Positions 9,052 through 18,669 of a DNA stretch of 56,999 nucleotides are shown piece after piece. The translations under genes were made by a program, and so were the position numbers. This DNA is from an uncultured Candidatus Saccharibacteria bacterium (GTDB taxonomy: Bacteria > Patescibacteriota > Minisyncoccia > Phycocordibacterales > UBA9973), in contig CAZFNV010000005.1 in NCBI GenBank assembly GCA_964520225.1, positions 1 through 56,999 of the forward strand, written 5' to 3'. The notes under the pieces are model-generated. The model searched no databases, had not been told where the DNA came from, and worked only from the letters and a program-made list of their open reading frames with translations. Position 1 is the first letter of the stretch. The number at the start of each line of letters is the position of its first letter.

Positions 9052-9474
9052 ATTACTTTTTTTGAGTAATTTGTTTTTGTAAATCCTAGGCTTATAAGCT
9101 TTCAGGCGTATTATCCGCACAGACAGCCCGAGCTTTTTCAAATCCTGTTTTAAGTTTTTCACATAAACCTTCTGATCGTAGCCGAGCGCTATGATATCGG
9201 GTTTAACTTTTAAAATATGAGGCAAATGTTTTGCGAGGCCAGACAGAACCACTTCATCTGCGAGGCCAGAACGTTTGATCATGTGCGCACGTTCCTTTTC
9301 ATTAAACTCTGGTCGCCTGCCTTTTATCCTTACCACATTTATATCTCGCGCCACCGACACGACCAAGCAAACATTCTCTGACAACTCTCTCGCCTGCTTG
9401 AATAAATTCAAGTGCCCAGGGTGCAGCCCGTCGAAAGTCCCGAACACCATTACTTTTTTCTTTAGTTTTTTCAT
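9025..9474 (-). CDS. Cytidylyltransferase-like nucleotidyltransferase (RibL/TagD-like)
   Basis: VMVFGTFDGLHPGHLNLFKQAREL carries the (T/H)xGH nucleotidyltransferase motif. Confidence 0.7.
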   Translation of the reverse strand: MKKLKKKVMVFGTFDGLHPGHLNLFKQARELSENVCLVVSVARDINVVRIKGRRPEFNEKERAHMIKRSGLADEVVLSGLAKHLPHILKVKPDIIALGYDQKVYVKNLKQDLKKLGLSVRIIRLKAYKPRIYKNKLLKKSNLNISFANT

Positions 9475-10094
9475 TTATACTCCACTATCTTCCCGGCTTT
9501 TATTTCCACCTTATCCGCCTTGCGCAACTTAACTTTTTTACCATCTACGCTATAGCGTAGATTGACAATTTCATAATGTTTCACTTTATCTAGCTCTTCA
9601 TCTATGCCCCACAGGTCGCCTGGAAGCACTTCCCAACCTTTTTCGAAATTATTTAAATTAAGTGGCGCCGAATACGCTCGCAGGGTTTTCACCCCGTTGT
9701 TTAGAAAATATTCGTGAAAGTATGACATCACGAGCTCACGAATATTTTTATACACCGGTTCACGATAGCGCAGTACGGCGTGGTTAGTTTTCGAAAGCGC
9801 GCCCCAATATCCGTTTATTCTAAAAGGAGCGATAACATGGTCGTAGTCTTCTTTAGTTGCTTGGAGATGCAATATCAAAGGTCGAAAGCCATGAATGGAT
9901 AATATGTACGCTCCCAACAGCGCTCCTTCGAAACAATGCGCCTCACCCGCGCGCAGAGCATAAAGTGGCGAACGCAGGGTCTCCCCCTTCCGCTCAAAAT
10001 TAAATCGCAAGCTATTCAAAAAATCTTGCACCTTGGCTGGAGTATTTAGCCTACGCAACAACCTTATTTCTGACTTAGTAAAGTTTGCGCTCAC
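9471..10094 (-). CDS. Hypothetical protein, possibly with a transglutaminase-like Cys/His/Asp fold
   Basis: [16 protein letters not shown] ... DYDHVIAPF. This is pattern resemblance only. Confidence 0.4.
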   Translation of the reverse strand: MSANFTKSEIRLLRRLNTPAKVQDFLNSLRFNFERKGETLRSPLYALRAGEAHCFEGALLGAYILSIHGFRPLILHLQATKEDYDHVIAPFRINGYWGALSKTNHAVLRYREPVYKNIRELVMSYFHEYFLNNGVKTLRAYSAPLNLNNFEKGWEVLPGDLWGIDEELDKVKHYEIVNLRYSVDGKKVKLRKADKVEIKAGKIVEYK

Positions 10095-10741
10095 TTTAGA
10101 GTTACGCTCTCAATCACCACCGCCTCTACTGGCCTGTCGCCAGGAACCGTAGGCACGCCTTCGATCGCACGCACCACTTCCATCCCCGCTACCACCTTAC
10201 CAAACACAGTATGTTTAGTATCTAGAAAATTATTGTCTGCCGTATTGATAAAGAATTGGCTACCGTTAGTATTAGGCCCAGCGTTCGCCATTGATATCGT
10301 ACCTGTTAAATTTTTATTAGTTGGAGTTATCTCGTCGGCAAATTTATATCCTGGACCGCCAGTGCCCCAGTAGGCCATCTTAGAATCGTCCTTAGTCAGC
10401 GGATCTCCTCCTTGGATCATAAAGCCCTTTATGACGCGGTGAAATTTAACTCCGTTATAGAAGCCACCGCCGGCGAGCTTAGTGAAATTCGCCACCGTGT
10501 TTGGTGCCTCGCTTTCGAAGAACTCAATAGTAATGTCACCCATGTTTGTATGTAATGTTGCTTGCATAATTTTTACTGGTTCGTTAATAATTTCTTCCTT
10601 AGTATTATTGTTAATTACTTCTTCACCTTGACCATCTTCGAGAAGATTTTGCGACTCTGGCACTACATCTGGTGTCCGAGACAGCCAAAATCCTAACCCT
10701 ATCAACCCAACAACTATTATTATACTTAGATATTTATTCAT
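10091..10741 (-). CDS. ppiB: Peptidyl-prolyl cis-trans isomerase, cyclophilin type, membrane anchored
   Basis: [21 protein letters not shown] and [16 protein letters not shown]. Confidence 0.85.
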   Translation of the reverse strand: MNKYLSIIIVVGLIGLGFWLSRTPDVVPESQNLLEDGQGEEVINNNTKEEIINEPVKIMQATLHTNMGDITIEFFESEAPNTVANFTKLAGGGFYNGVKFHRVIKGFMIQGGDPLTKDDSKMAYWGTGGPGYKFADEITPTNKNLTGTISMANAGPNTNGSQFFINTADNNFLDTKHTVFGKVVAGMEVVRAIEGVPTVPGDRPVEAVVIESVTLK

Positions 10742-10756
10742 AGCGCTGGTTCAACA

Positions 10757-11302
10757 TTAATCTTCTTTCTTATAAAAGTGCGCTGTGAGCGCAGTTGCAA
10801 GTAGCGTTGTGTAAGTCATGAGCGAAAGCGATGGAAAAGATACCAACCCGCCAAATTCATGAACGAGCTGTTGATAACAAGAAATACCAGAAGCATCACA
10901 AGGAATATCGGCAGAATTACCAAAGTAGTAGAAGAAGCTCTGATATACCGCAAATACAAAGCCGACGGCAAGCAAAGGTAGGACATATTTCACGATCTTG
11001 CGATCCTTGTGCCATATAGCCGAGCCGAAGATAATAGGTAGCGGGAACAGGAATATTCTCTGATACCAGCACAGGTAGCAAGGCAGGAAGCCGACTATCT
11101 CAGAATACACCAGAGAAAAAAGTACCGCAGAAAGCGAAACAATGAATCCAATACTCAAGTAATGCTCATCAATGAACGCGAGATACGAATTCTTGCGAAC
11201 CCCTGCAAACAAAAGCACTAGTGCAATTATCGCCAAAGAAACCAAGCCTAGCGCCCCCGCACCCAAAAACATATTTAAGTATTGCACATTTTCAACATTC
11301 AT
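10757..11302 (-). CDS. Disulfide bond formation protein (DsbB/BdbC family)
   Basis: Four TM segments. CYLCWYQRIFLFP carries the CxxC, and a second Cys pair (PCDASGISC) follows. Confidence 0.7.
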   Translation of the reverse strand: MNVENVQYLNMFLGAGALGLVSLAIIALVLLFAGVRKNSYLAFIDEHYLSIGFIVSLSAVLFSLVYSEIVGFLPCYLCWYQRIFLFPLPIIFGSAIWHKDRKIVKYVLPLLAVGFVFAVYQSFFYYFGNSADIPCDASGISCYQQLVHEFGGLVSFPSLSLMTYTTLLATALTAHFYKKED

Positions 11303-11307
11303 GTTTT

Positions 11308-11718
11308 TTAAATATTTTCTGGAGGTAACTCACACCCAGTCTTTTCCGCTAAAGTTGCAACATCTGACTTACCTAGGCGTGACCCGTCCGCAAATTCCCA
11401 AGTCGGGTAACCCTCTATGCCTTTGACTCTACATTCTTCTAGCTGACCACGGCCGTCAAGCGTCGAACATTCTACATAAGGCAAAAGTTTCGCCGAAGAG
11501 CCAAACATTTTCTTTTGATCTTGGCAATGCGAACACCAGAAAGCCCCGTAGAAGACCGCCCCTTTTTCTGCCAGACATGTCGCCAGAGCATCGTATTTGC
11601 CGGGAACATCAGAGCTCTCACCACCATCCCCGCGCATTACTGCGAGTAAGATAACCACTAAGATCAAAACCGAAACCATTGATATAAAAATCTTTGCCTT
11701 TTTTTCCATGGGATTCAT
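11308..11718 (-). CDS. Membrane-anchored thioredoxin-like protein
   Basis: FYGAFWCSHCQDQKKMFG carries the CxxC. It resembles the Trx domain fused to VKOR proteins. Confidence 0.65.
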   Translation of the reverse strand: MNPMEKKAKIFISMVSVLILVVILLAVMRGDGGESSDVPGKYDALATCLAEKGAVFYGAFWCSHCQDQKKMFGSSAKLLPYVECSTLDGRGQLEECRVKGIEGYPTWEFADGSRLGKSDVATLAEKTGCELPPENI

Positions 11719-11748
11719 TCTATCATTTGCTCAAGTCTCGAGCAAGAA

Positions 11749-12897
11749 TTATTGATACTGTATGTATATCGGACGTGGGCGAAGTTTAAGTAGTTCCTCC
11801 GGCGTCATGAGCACAGTGCCCTCCTCCCACACATCATTCTTGTAGAAAAGTTTAAAACCCGTAAATTGCACTGGCTCTTTATACACGAACTGCTGGTAGG
11901 TATTACGTTTCTTAGCCGCCCCTCCCCAGCCATCCATATGCATCACTATCTGCACTTCTGGCAGTGGCACAATATTCTGATAGTTTGTAATCATATTTTG
12001 CGTATAGCGGTGTACCACTAGGACTTTCGGCGTGAGTTCATTCTCGCGCACTACTCGCGCCAGGAATTCTGTAGCATAATTAATATCCGTCGCGTCGAAA
12101 GTCCCCACCACCTTTCCTGGGCGGATGCCGTTCTTCATAGAAAATTCAGCGTCGATACCGAGGTGTACATTCGGCATTTTGAAATATTTTTCGAGCCTTG
12201 GCAGTTCTGCTTCAAGCGTCGAGAATCCAACCTGAATATCTAGGAATACTATCGCGCCGATTTTCTCAGCCATAGCGAGCACTTTATCTATCTCCGTATC
12301 CGGCATACGCGCGCGGTACATTCCGTCTGCCCCCGCGCCTGCTTGCGCCACCACAGCTATGTAGTGTAGCGCAGGTAGCGCCGGAGTCTCTGGGTCAGCA
12401 GTATTCCATTTGTCTACTTCCGTCTGCAAGCGCGCAAACATTTCCGCTTCGGGGTGTTCACCTAGCGCGCCCATTTTCTTGGAATACAGGTTACCGTAGT
12501 AGGCTATGATGCGCTTGAATGGCAGTATCGCCCCACCCTTCGGTAGCGCCGTTTCAGGAGGCCAGAGATGCACAACCGGCGCAGGCTCTTCAAGGATTAT
12601 TTTCTCTTCACCCGTCTCAGGATCTATTACTTTTTTCTCAACTGGCGGAGGTGGCGGTGGATTGTTGGCCAGTTCGTTTATTTTTCGCAGGTAAAGTTCT
12701 ACGTCGAGAGGTGGCACAACTTTTTTTGCTGGTGAAACCTGAGAACTTCCTTCCCCGCCATCCCGCACATACGTCACGCTCGTTTTGAAAAAATCGGGAA
12801 AGATAAAAAACATTGCGAAGAATCCTGCACACAAAGTCGAAAAGGCTACCAAGTGCCCCTTGTGGAATTTTAATTGCAATTTTTTCTTACCTTTCAT
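11749..12897 (-). CDS. Hypothetical secreted/anchored protein with a Pro-rich linker
   Basis: 382 aa with an N-terminal TM segment, a NNPPPPPPVEKK linker and a long clean ORF. No family was recognised. Confidence 0.5.
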   Translation of the reverse strand: MKGKKKLQLKFHKGHLVAFSTLCAGFFAMFFIFPDFFKTSVTYVRDGGEGSSQVSPAKKVVPPLDVELYLRKINELANNPPPPPPVEKKVIDPETGEEKIILEEPAPVVHLWPPETALPKGGAILPFKRIIAYYGNLYSKKMGALGEHPEAEMFARLQTEVDKWNTADPETPALPALHYIAVVAQAGAGADGMYRARMPDTEIDKVLAMAEKIGAIVFLDIQVGFSTLEAELPRLEKYFKMPNVHLGIDAEFSMKNGIRPGKVVGTFDATDINYATEFLARVVRENELTPKVLVVHRYTQNMITNYQNIVPLPEVQIVMHMDGWGGAAKKRNTYQQFVYKEPVQFTGFKLFYKNDVWEEGTVLMTPEELLKLRPRPIYIQYQ

Positions 12898-12915
12898 TGG
12901 CCGTCCACCCCGCTT

Positions 12916-13590
12916 CTACTTCAACAGAAATCGCAGGGTCGAGACCAAGCGTATCTTTTTGTATTCTGGAGAAGAAGGATCTTTGTCAGATATATCGAAT
13001 ACACCCTGGTTGCCACGGGAAACTTTACCCACACTAGAATTAGAATTCTCGGCAAAGTCGTCTGCCGTAGCCCGCGCGTTCTTTATAGCTTCCGCGAGCA
13101 TTTCCGGCTTGATGCTATTCAAATCAGAAAATTCAAAAGATATATAGTTGCCGTTTAGGACTACCCCGCTCTTGACCAGTAGTAGCGTGTCGTTCGAAGC
13201 CTGCTTCGCCAGGTCAACCTTCTTTGTATATACAGAGACTTGGTTGTTAGAGTTATATCTGAACAGCGCCTCCTTATATGTGTCTTGATAGATGTTTACT
13301 GGAGCCACGTTTATCTCACTCGCCTCGAAACCTTTGTCCATTAGGAATTTCTTTATAGCGCTATTATTCTTTTCAATATCCGCATACAGCGCCTCTACAC
13401 TGTTAGATTTCACCTCAAAACCGAGCGACCATATAGCTGTGTCCGCCTTCACTATCCTCTCCGATAAACCTTTAACTTCGATATATGAACCCTGCTTAGA
13501 GAAATCTCGCGCTGATAAAAAGAAAGCGATCGAGAATACCACCAACGCTGAGCTGATAACTAAAACCCCATTATTTTTTATTCGTTCCAT
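12916..13590 (-). CDS. SIMPL domain (DUF541) protein
   Basis: 224 aa with a signal anchor. Overall layout resembles 26-kDa periplasmic immunogenic protein/SIMPL family. Confidence 0.6.
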   Translation of the reverse strand: MERIKNNGVLVISSALVVFSIAFFLSARDFSKQGSYIEVKGLSERIVKADTAIWSLGFEVKSNSVEALYADIEKNNSAIKKFLMDKGFEASEINVAPVNIYQDTYKEALFRYNSNNQVSVYTKKVDLAKQASNDTLLLVKSGVVLNGNYISFEFSDLNSIKPEMLAEAIKNARATADDFAENSNSSVGKVSRGNQGVFDISDKDPSSPEYKKIRLVSTLRFLLK

Positions 13591-13626
13591 CCCGTAAGTA
13601 TACTATATGTAGAAAGAATTACCAAC

Positions 13627-14187
13627 CTAGTTGAGCATATTCTTCTCCACTAGTAGCGCCACGCAGACTCCGATGAAAGTAATAAGAATATATGCTGTCA
13701 TTATCGTCTGGTAACTCATACCGAAGCCGTCTGACATACCTAGGCCCAAAGCCGAAACCCACGACACCACCGACACAGCTCCAGAAGCGAATGCTACCCG
13801 CCTTACCGACCTCTCGCCTTTTGCAGTAAAGAATTTCTTTTTTAGTAAATGTGACCAAACATAAGTATTGAGTATATAGCCGTTCACAATAAGCACAGCT
13901 ATCACGCTCATCTTGGATAAAAATTTAGCCGAGGTCATGTACCCTGCCGGGTTAGACAGAAATATAAAAACGCCCGATAGAGCAATGATGAATAAACTGT
14001 AGAGAACAATCTTGGAAAATAATTCCAAAATTGTCATCTCTTTCTTGTTAAGGACCTTGTCTTTACTGAAAAAAGAAAAAAGCGCGTCTGACACTAACGC
14101 GCCACCCATGCCTACCACTACCGCGAGCACGTGCACCAGAGTCGCCTCCGCTTTCCAAGTATCAAAAAATTCTGTTATCTCCACCAA
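13627..14187 (-). CDS. Integral membrane protein, hypothetical
   Basis: 186 aa with about 5 TM segments. The start is uncertain (TTG/GTG right after a -10 box). Confidence 0.5.
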   Translation of the reverse strand: MVEITEFFDTWKAEATLVHVLAVVVGMGGALVSDALFSFFSKDKVLNKKEMTILELFSKIVLYSLFIIALSGVFIFLSNPAGYMTSAKFLSKMSVIAVLIVNGYILNTYVWSHLLKKKFFTAKGERSVRRVAFASGAVSVVSWVSALGLGMSDGFGMSYQTIMTAYILITFIGVCVALLVEKNMLN

Positions 14188-14271
14188 CTGATTTTACCCT
14201 GTAGTGAAACTTTTGCAAAGCTCCGTATTAAAAAAATTCTCCAGAAACGAAAGACACTGTGATTGTTTATA

Positions 14272-14607
14272 TCAAAGTTTATACAAATATTCTTTTATCC
14301 TATCTTTATCTTCATTTTCTTTTTCTCCTTTGAAATATACCTCTATGTACATAAATTTAATACTATTATTATGATACGCATAAATAAGACGGATTACTCG
14401 TGACCTTAATGATTCACAATGGACTCGTACTTTTATGATCGTTGTGTCACCTTCAATTTTAATTATAGTAAAATTCTTGCCGATTCCTGTAGGGCATTCA
14501 AGTAACACAGGCTTTATATCATCAATATCAGATAACAGTGTAGGATATTTCCTGGAAAGTTTTTTGAGTTCTTTTTCAAACTCAGGAAGCATAGAAAAAG
14601 TACTCAT
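14272..14607 (-). CDS. RelE/ParE-superfamily-like toxin (candidate PanT)
   Basis: 111 aa; FEKELKKLSRKYP...IIKVRVHCESLRSRVIRLIYAYH...IEVYFKGEKEN is the RelE/HigB-like pattern. It lies 5 nt downstream of the antitoxin gene. Confidence 0.5.
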   Translation of the reverse strand: MSTFSMLPEFEKELKKLSRKYPTLLSDIDDIKPVLLECPTGIGKNFTIIKIEGDTTIIKVRVHCESLRSRVIRLIYAYHNNSIKFMYIEVYFKGEKENEDKDRIKEYLYKL

Positions 14608-14612
14608 AGGAG

Positions 14613-15338
14613 TTAGTTGTCAGATACAGAAGTTTCGTCAGGGCGATAAAACACGTGTCTATAATTAAGTTCTTGCTTATCTTTTGCCACCCTCCAAGGT
14701 GTATCTTTGTGTGATAACTCAGACAATTCCTTCGCAGATTTTGAAGCCAAGCGAACAAGTTCGTCGTCAATATGTTTCAATTCTTGTGCAGACAACAAAG
14801 AAACATCTGGCTCTGATGTTACAAGATATTTCTTCTGATCATAATTAAAATGCTTGCTATTGACCTCAACCAGCTCACCCTCACTCTCCAAATCTCGAGC
14901 AATCTTCGCAAATGAAACCGGTGTAGGACCATACGTATTCCTAATATATTTTGCACCAATCAAATACCTTTGATATTTTTCATAATAATCAAAGTCTATA
15001 AAATAAAGGAGTTTATATAATGCGGTTTGCCCTATGTTTGGACGACTACCCACTTTACTAACAACATATAATAAAACTTGCTTGAAACGTTCAGTATTTT
15101 CTTTTGGAATTTCTTTTGGTTTAATTTCAAAATTCGTCTCCATATGAATATTTTCTTTCTCCGCTGTTTCTTTAGAAACACCGAAAATACTCGCCAAAAG
15201 CGCCTTTTGTTCTTCGGTTGGTTTGGACTCACCTTTTTCAAGCTTTATATACGTAGGACGAGAAATACCTAAAATCTTGGCGACTTCTGCTTGAGAAATA
15301 CCCGCCAATTTACGCTTTGTTTGTATCCAATTAGACAT
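14613..15338 (-). CDS. XRE-type HTH fused to a Panacea (DUF4065) antitoxin domain
   Basis: The N-terminal LAGISQAEVAKILGISRPTYIKLEKGE is the HTH. GQTALYKLLYFIDFDYYEKYQRYLIGAKYIRNTYGPTP is the DUF4065 signature. Confidence 0.75.
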   Translation of the reverse strand: MSNWIQTKRKLAGISQAEVAKILGISRPTYIKLEKGESKPTEEQKALLASIFGVSKETAEKENIHMETNFEIKPKEIPKENTERFKQVLLYVVSKVGSRPNIGQTALYKLLYFIDFDYYEKYQRYLIGAKYIRNTYGPTPVSFAKIARDLESEGELVEVNSKHFNYDQKKYLVTSEPDVSLLSAQELKHIDDELVRLASKSAKELSELSHKDTPWRVAKDKQELNYRHVFYRPDETSVSDN

Positions 15339-15375
15339 ATTAATATATTACCATAATATGCACATACTTATCAAC

Positions 15376-15395
15376 TTGACTGTGGATAATGTCAA
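15376..15395. promoter_or_regulatory. Inverted repeat in the XRE-Panacea promoter (candidate operator)
   Basis: TTGAC-N10-GTCAA lies upstream of TTGATA-N18-TAATAT-N6-ATG on the minus strand. Confidence 0.3.
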
Positions 15396-15549
15396 AATGT
15401 AAAATATGCGTATGGCAAAAATTAAAGGAAAATTAATACAAACAAATAACATTGGACCACTTCAGTATGTTAAAAGAAATAACTTGTCTGGTGATTTCTC
15501 GCATATTGTAAAAACTAAACAAATACCAAAAGGAAAGAAAAAGTCATAG

Positions 15550-15628
15550 CCCCCGCCTCAAAAATTTTCCGCCGAAAATTTTTAGGTGCAGTTTGCCTGC
15601 TTCTCCCATCCCGCCTACGGCGTGCTGG
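15550..15628. repeat. Repeat copy A: CCCCCG + A/T hairpin block, then a 41-bp block
   Basis: 15588-15628 (gcagtttgcctgcttctcccatcccgcctacggcgtgctgg) is identical 41/41 to 19187-19227. The hairpin block ctcAAAAATTTTCCGcCGAAAATTTTT is shared with 19084-19110 apart from one base. Confidence 0.85.
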
Positions 15629-15749
15629 CCTTGTGGCGCGAAGTTGGAACAATTGTAAGCCAATATCAAACATATGTCCATAAATAAACCAATTAAAAAA
15701 ACGGTCTGATTTTGTTGTATTTTTCCAGAAAAAGTATAATATCAACTAT

Positions 15750-16862
15750 ATGGAAAAGATCGAAAATACCACCACCTTACTTGACCCAATAAAGATCAAC
15801 TACTTCCACCCCGATAGCCTTCTTTTGGATGCTGAAAATCCTCGTTTTGCCGGCTTAATTGACTCAAAGGTTAGCAACAACGAACTCCTGAAAAAGCTCC
15901 GTAAGGAGATGTATTTGGACGAATTAATTGATTCTTTTCGAGAAAATGGTTATTACAATACCGAACCGCTTCTTGCCATAAAATCTAATAAGGATCCTAA
16001 AAAATTTATCATCATCGAAGGCAATAGAAGGCTCGCTGCTATTAAGTTGCTTTTGACTGACGAATTTAAAGGTAAAGTTGATAAGAAAATCATAAAGCAA
16101 CTTTCGACAGAAATTCCTGTTGCCGTATATCCAAGCAGAAAAACACTCTGGACTTATCTAGGTTTTAGACACATCAATGGGCCTAAAGAGTGGGATTCAT
16201 ACAGTAAAGCTGTATATGCACTGACGGTTCATGTTGAATATAAAATTCCCATAAAAGATATCGCTGACAAAATCGGCGACAAAAATCAAACTGTTGTAAA
16301 AATGTGTAATGGATTGAGATTATTACAACAAGCTGAAAAACAAGGTTATTTTTCTTCTGAAGATGTTGACTTAAAACGTTTTTATTTTTCTCACTTATAC
16401 ACTATTATTCAGAAAAATAACACTAAGAGTTTTTTAGGGCTTCCATCAAAGACGAATGAAGTATTCAAGGCAAATCCTGTATCCAAAAGTAAAATAAAAA
16501 ATTTACAACTTCTCTTAAACTTATTGTTTGGTAGCAAGGATGGTTCCGTAAAACCGGTTATTAAATCACAGAACCCAGATTTAAGAAACTTAGATGAAAT
16601 TATTGGAAATAAAAAAGCTTTAAAGTATCTTACTGAAAACAAGACAGAAAGTAATGTATTGGATAATGCTCTTAGTTTCACTGGAAGTGAAGAATCGGTC
16701 TTGGAAAGCCTTATGTTTAAATCTTTAAACACTCTAAGAAAAGCTAGCGGTATGCTATATAGTTACAAGGGGGATGATGAAACTTACAAAGAAGCCAAGG
16801 AAATAGAAACTGTTGCTAACTATATAGTTGCTCAGATGGAAATAAAGCGGAAGAAAAAATAA
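15750..16862 (+). CDS. ParB/Sulfiredoxin N-terminal-domain protein
   Basis: 370 aa; LLDAENPRF ... FIIIEGNRRLAAIKLL is the ParB-type GxRR box. TTGTTG-N17-TATAAT lies 9 nt upstream of the ATG. Confidence 0.6.
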   Translation: MEKIENTTTLLDPIKINYFHPDSLLLDAENPRFAGLIDSKVSNNELLKKLRKEMYLDELIDSFRENGYYNTEPLLAIKSNKDPKKFIIIEGNRRLAAIKLLLTDEFKGKVDKKIIKQLSTEIPVAVYPSRKTLWTYLGFRHINGPKEWDSYSKAVYALTVHVEYKIPIKDIADKIGDKNQTVVKMCNGLRLLQQAEKQGYFSSEDVDLKRFYFSHLYTIIQKNNTKSFLGLPSKTNEVFKANPVSKSKIKNLQLLLNLLFGSKDGSVKPVIKSQNPDLRNLDEIIGNKKALKYLTENKTESNVLDNALSFTGSEESVLESLMFKSLNTLRKASGMLYSYKGDDETYKEAKEIETVANYIVAQMEIKRKKK

Positions 16863-16863
16863 G

Positions 16864-17769
16864 ATGGCTGTTTTCATAGATTTACCTAAAATTCGTCAGA
16901 ATAATAAATTACAACTTTCTGACTGGATGGAAATAAGTGCTCTACTGGATAATTCCGATAATTCTTCCAGCCTTGAAGAGCTTATATCTCTTCTTAAGGT
17001 TTCTACTGATGATTCTGATGAGATCAGAGCGGATGTTTCTGCAGAGTTAATTTCTAGAACAAAAAAGCTTTCTACTGCATACCCTTTTTCGTTCAATGGA
17101 ATTATCCTCAAAGTAAAAAACCCTAAAGACTTTAGCAATCAATGGGCTTACATATTTTGTTTACTCATTTCTTATTTTGGTGTGAACAAGGGAGATTTAG
17201 GACTCTCACTCTGGAAACAAAAAGATGTTACTTCTTTATTTGAACACATTTCCACCATAGCAGCCAAACACTTTCTTTCCTCAAGTGAACATGAGGCAAA
17301 AGAGTTGAAATTTGGTTTTCCCAGAGATAGTTTAGATAAGAAATATAAATCTTTTAAAGCAGCACTAGAACTTTTAAAAAATGTAATTCAAGAAGGTACT
17401 CTTACTACTAATCCCAGCTATAGAAATCAAAAGGATGCTGGTCTTGATATTGTCGTCTGGAGAAATTTCCCTGATGGAAAAACAAATAAACTTTTACTAC
17501 TTGGTCAGTGTGCGGCTGGTAATGATTTTAAACAGAAAAGAAAAGATATACAAAAAATCGAAGGATTTTTCACTTTTCTCACAACCCCAATTAAAGGATT
17601 TTTTATTCCTCACGAGTTAGATGATGAAATATGGGGAGAACTTAGCTTTGATAGTTACATAGGAATTATATTTGATCGTAGTCGTATTGCATCTTACGCA
17701 AAAGCGTGGAATGGGCAAGGTTTTATATCGAATTTTGAGGCCATAAAGAACAAACTGAGGAAAAAATAA
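16864..17769 (+). CDS. Hypothetical protein, possible degenerate PD-(D/E)xK (Mrr-like) nuclease core
   Basis: 301 aa. It starts after a 1-nt gap from the ParB-like gene. DAGLDIVVW...LLLLGQCAAGNDFKQK resembles a D...QxK core, but the Lys position is Ala. Confidence 0.3.
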   Translation: MAVFIDLPKIRQNNKLQLSDWMEISALLDNSDNSSSLEELISLLKVSTDDSDEIRADVSAELISRTKKLSTAYPFSFNGIILKVKNPKDFSNQWAYIFCLLISYFGVNKGDLGLSLWKQKDVTSLFEHISTIAAKHFLSSSEHEAKELKFGFPRDSLDKKYKSFKAALELLKNVIQEGTLTTNPSYRNQKDAGLDIVVWRNFPDGKTNKLLLLGQCAAGNDFKQKRKDIQKIEGFFTFLTTPIKGFFIPHELDDEIWGELSFDSYIGIIFDRSRIASYAKAWNGQGFISNFEAIKNKLRKK

Positions 17770-17823
17770 TTGGCTGGCAATGGGTTGTGGCCATTTATAA
17801 TCTAATATGTTAAAATAAGCTTA

Positions 17824-18669
17824 ATGATTTATTCACCTCTGCGATATCCTGGAGGAAAAAATAAAGTCTCGAAGTTTATTCAAGATGAGGTTTTTAATGT
17901 TAACGATTTAAAGGGTGGTGTATATGTTGAGCCATACGCTGGAGGTGCTTCTGTTGCGTTAAATCTTTTGATAGAAAAAAAAGTATCAAAAATAATAATT
18001 AACGACTACGATAGATCGGTTTACGCTTTTTGGTATTCTGTTTTGAATGATACAGATGCATTTTGTGAAAAAATTAAAAAAGCACCCATTACAATAAAGA
18101 ATTGGAAAAAACAAAAAGAGGTACAAAAGCATAAAAAACAAGCTTCTCTTTTTGATCTTGGCTTTTCGACTTTTTTCTTAAATCGTACGAACCGATCAGG
18201 AGTGATCTCTGCTGGACCAATAGGTGGACTAAATCAGAAAGATAAGTGGAAAATTAATGCTAGGTTTAATAAAAAAAATCTTATTGAACGAATTAGATTA
18301 ATTGCTCAGCATAAAAATAATATAAAAATATATCAACTAGACGCGGTTAAACTTATTGAAAAGATTTCAAAAAAACTACCCGACAAAACACTTATATACT
18401 TTGATCCTCCTTACTATGTAAAAGGGCAAAAATTATACGTTAACTTTTATACGCATGAAGATCACATCTTAGTCGCAAATGCGGTAAAAGATATTAACGG
18501 TCCTAAGTGGATAGTTTCTTATGACAATGTAAAACCTATTGCTAATCTTTATACCAAATATAGAAAGAGAGTATATGACTTACCGTACAGTGTAATAAAT
18601 GGAACTACAGGAAAAGAAGTTATGTTTTTCAGTAAAAATCTAAAAATTAATTCTAAATTTCTTAGTTAA
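17824..18669 (+). CDS. DNA N6-adenine methyltransferase, D12 (Dam) class
   Basis: LRYPGGKNK, EPYAGGASVAL, FFLNRTNRSG and IYFDPPYY motifs. Confidence 0.85.
   Translation: MIYSPLRYPGGKNKVSKFIQDEVFNVNDLKGGVYVEPYAGGASVALNLLIEKKVSKIIINDYDRSVYAFWYSVLNDTDAFCEKIKKAPITIKNWKKQKEVQKHKKQASLFDLGFSTFFLNRTNRSGVISAGPIGGLNQKDKWKINARFNKKNLIERIRLIAQHKNNIKIYQLDAVKLIEKISKKLPDKTLIYFDPPYYVKGQKLYVNFYTHEDHILVANAVKDINGPKWIVSYDNVKPIANLYTKYRKRVYDLPYSVINGTTGKEVMFFSKNLKINSKFLS

Noticed and set aside
14190-14275. Direct repeat of the tRNA-Gln 3' end marking the left att site of the island
   Set aside because: Only a 7-nt match (tgtgatt, at 14250 versus 26761) was found. Serine integrases need only a short crossover core, so the absence of a long repeat is not informative. 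The left border is therefore set by composition only.
15406-15549. 47-aa Lys-rich ORF ending exactly at repeat copy A
   Set aside because: It has no SD or obvious promoter, its composition is basic and low-complexity, and there is no counterpart before copy B. It is noted only because its stop codon abuts the repeat.
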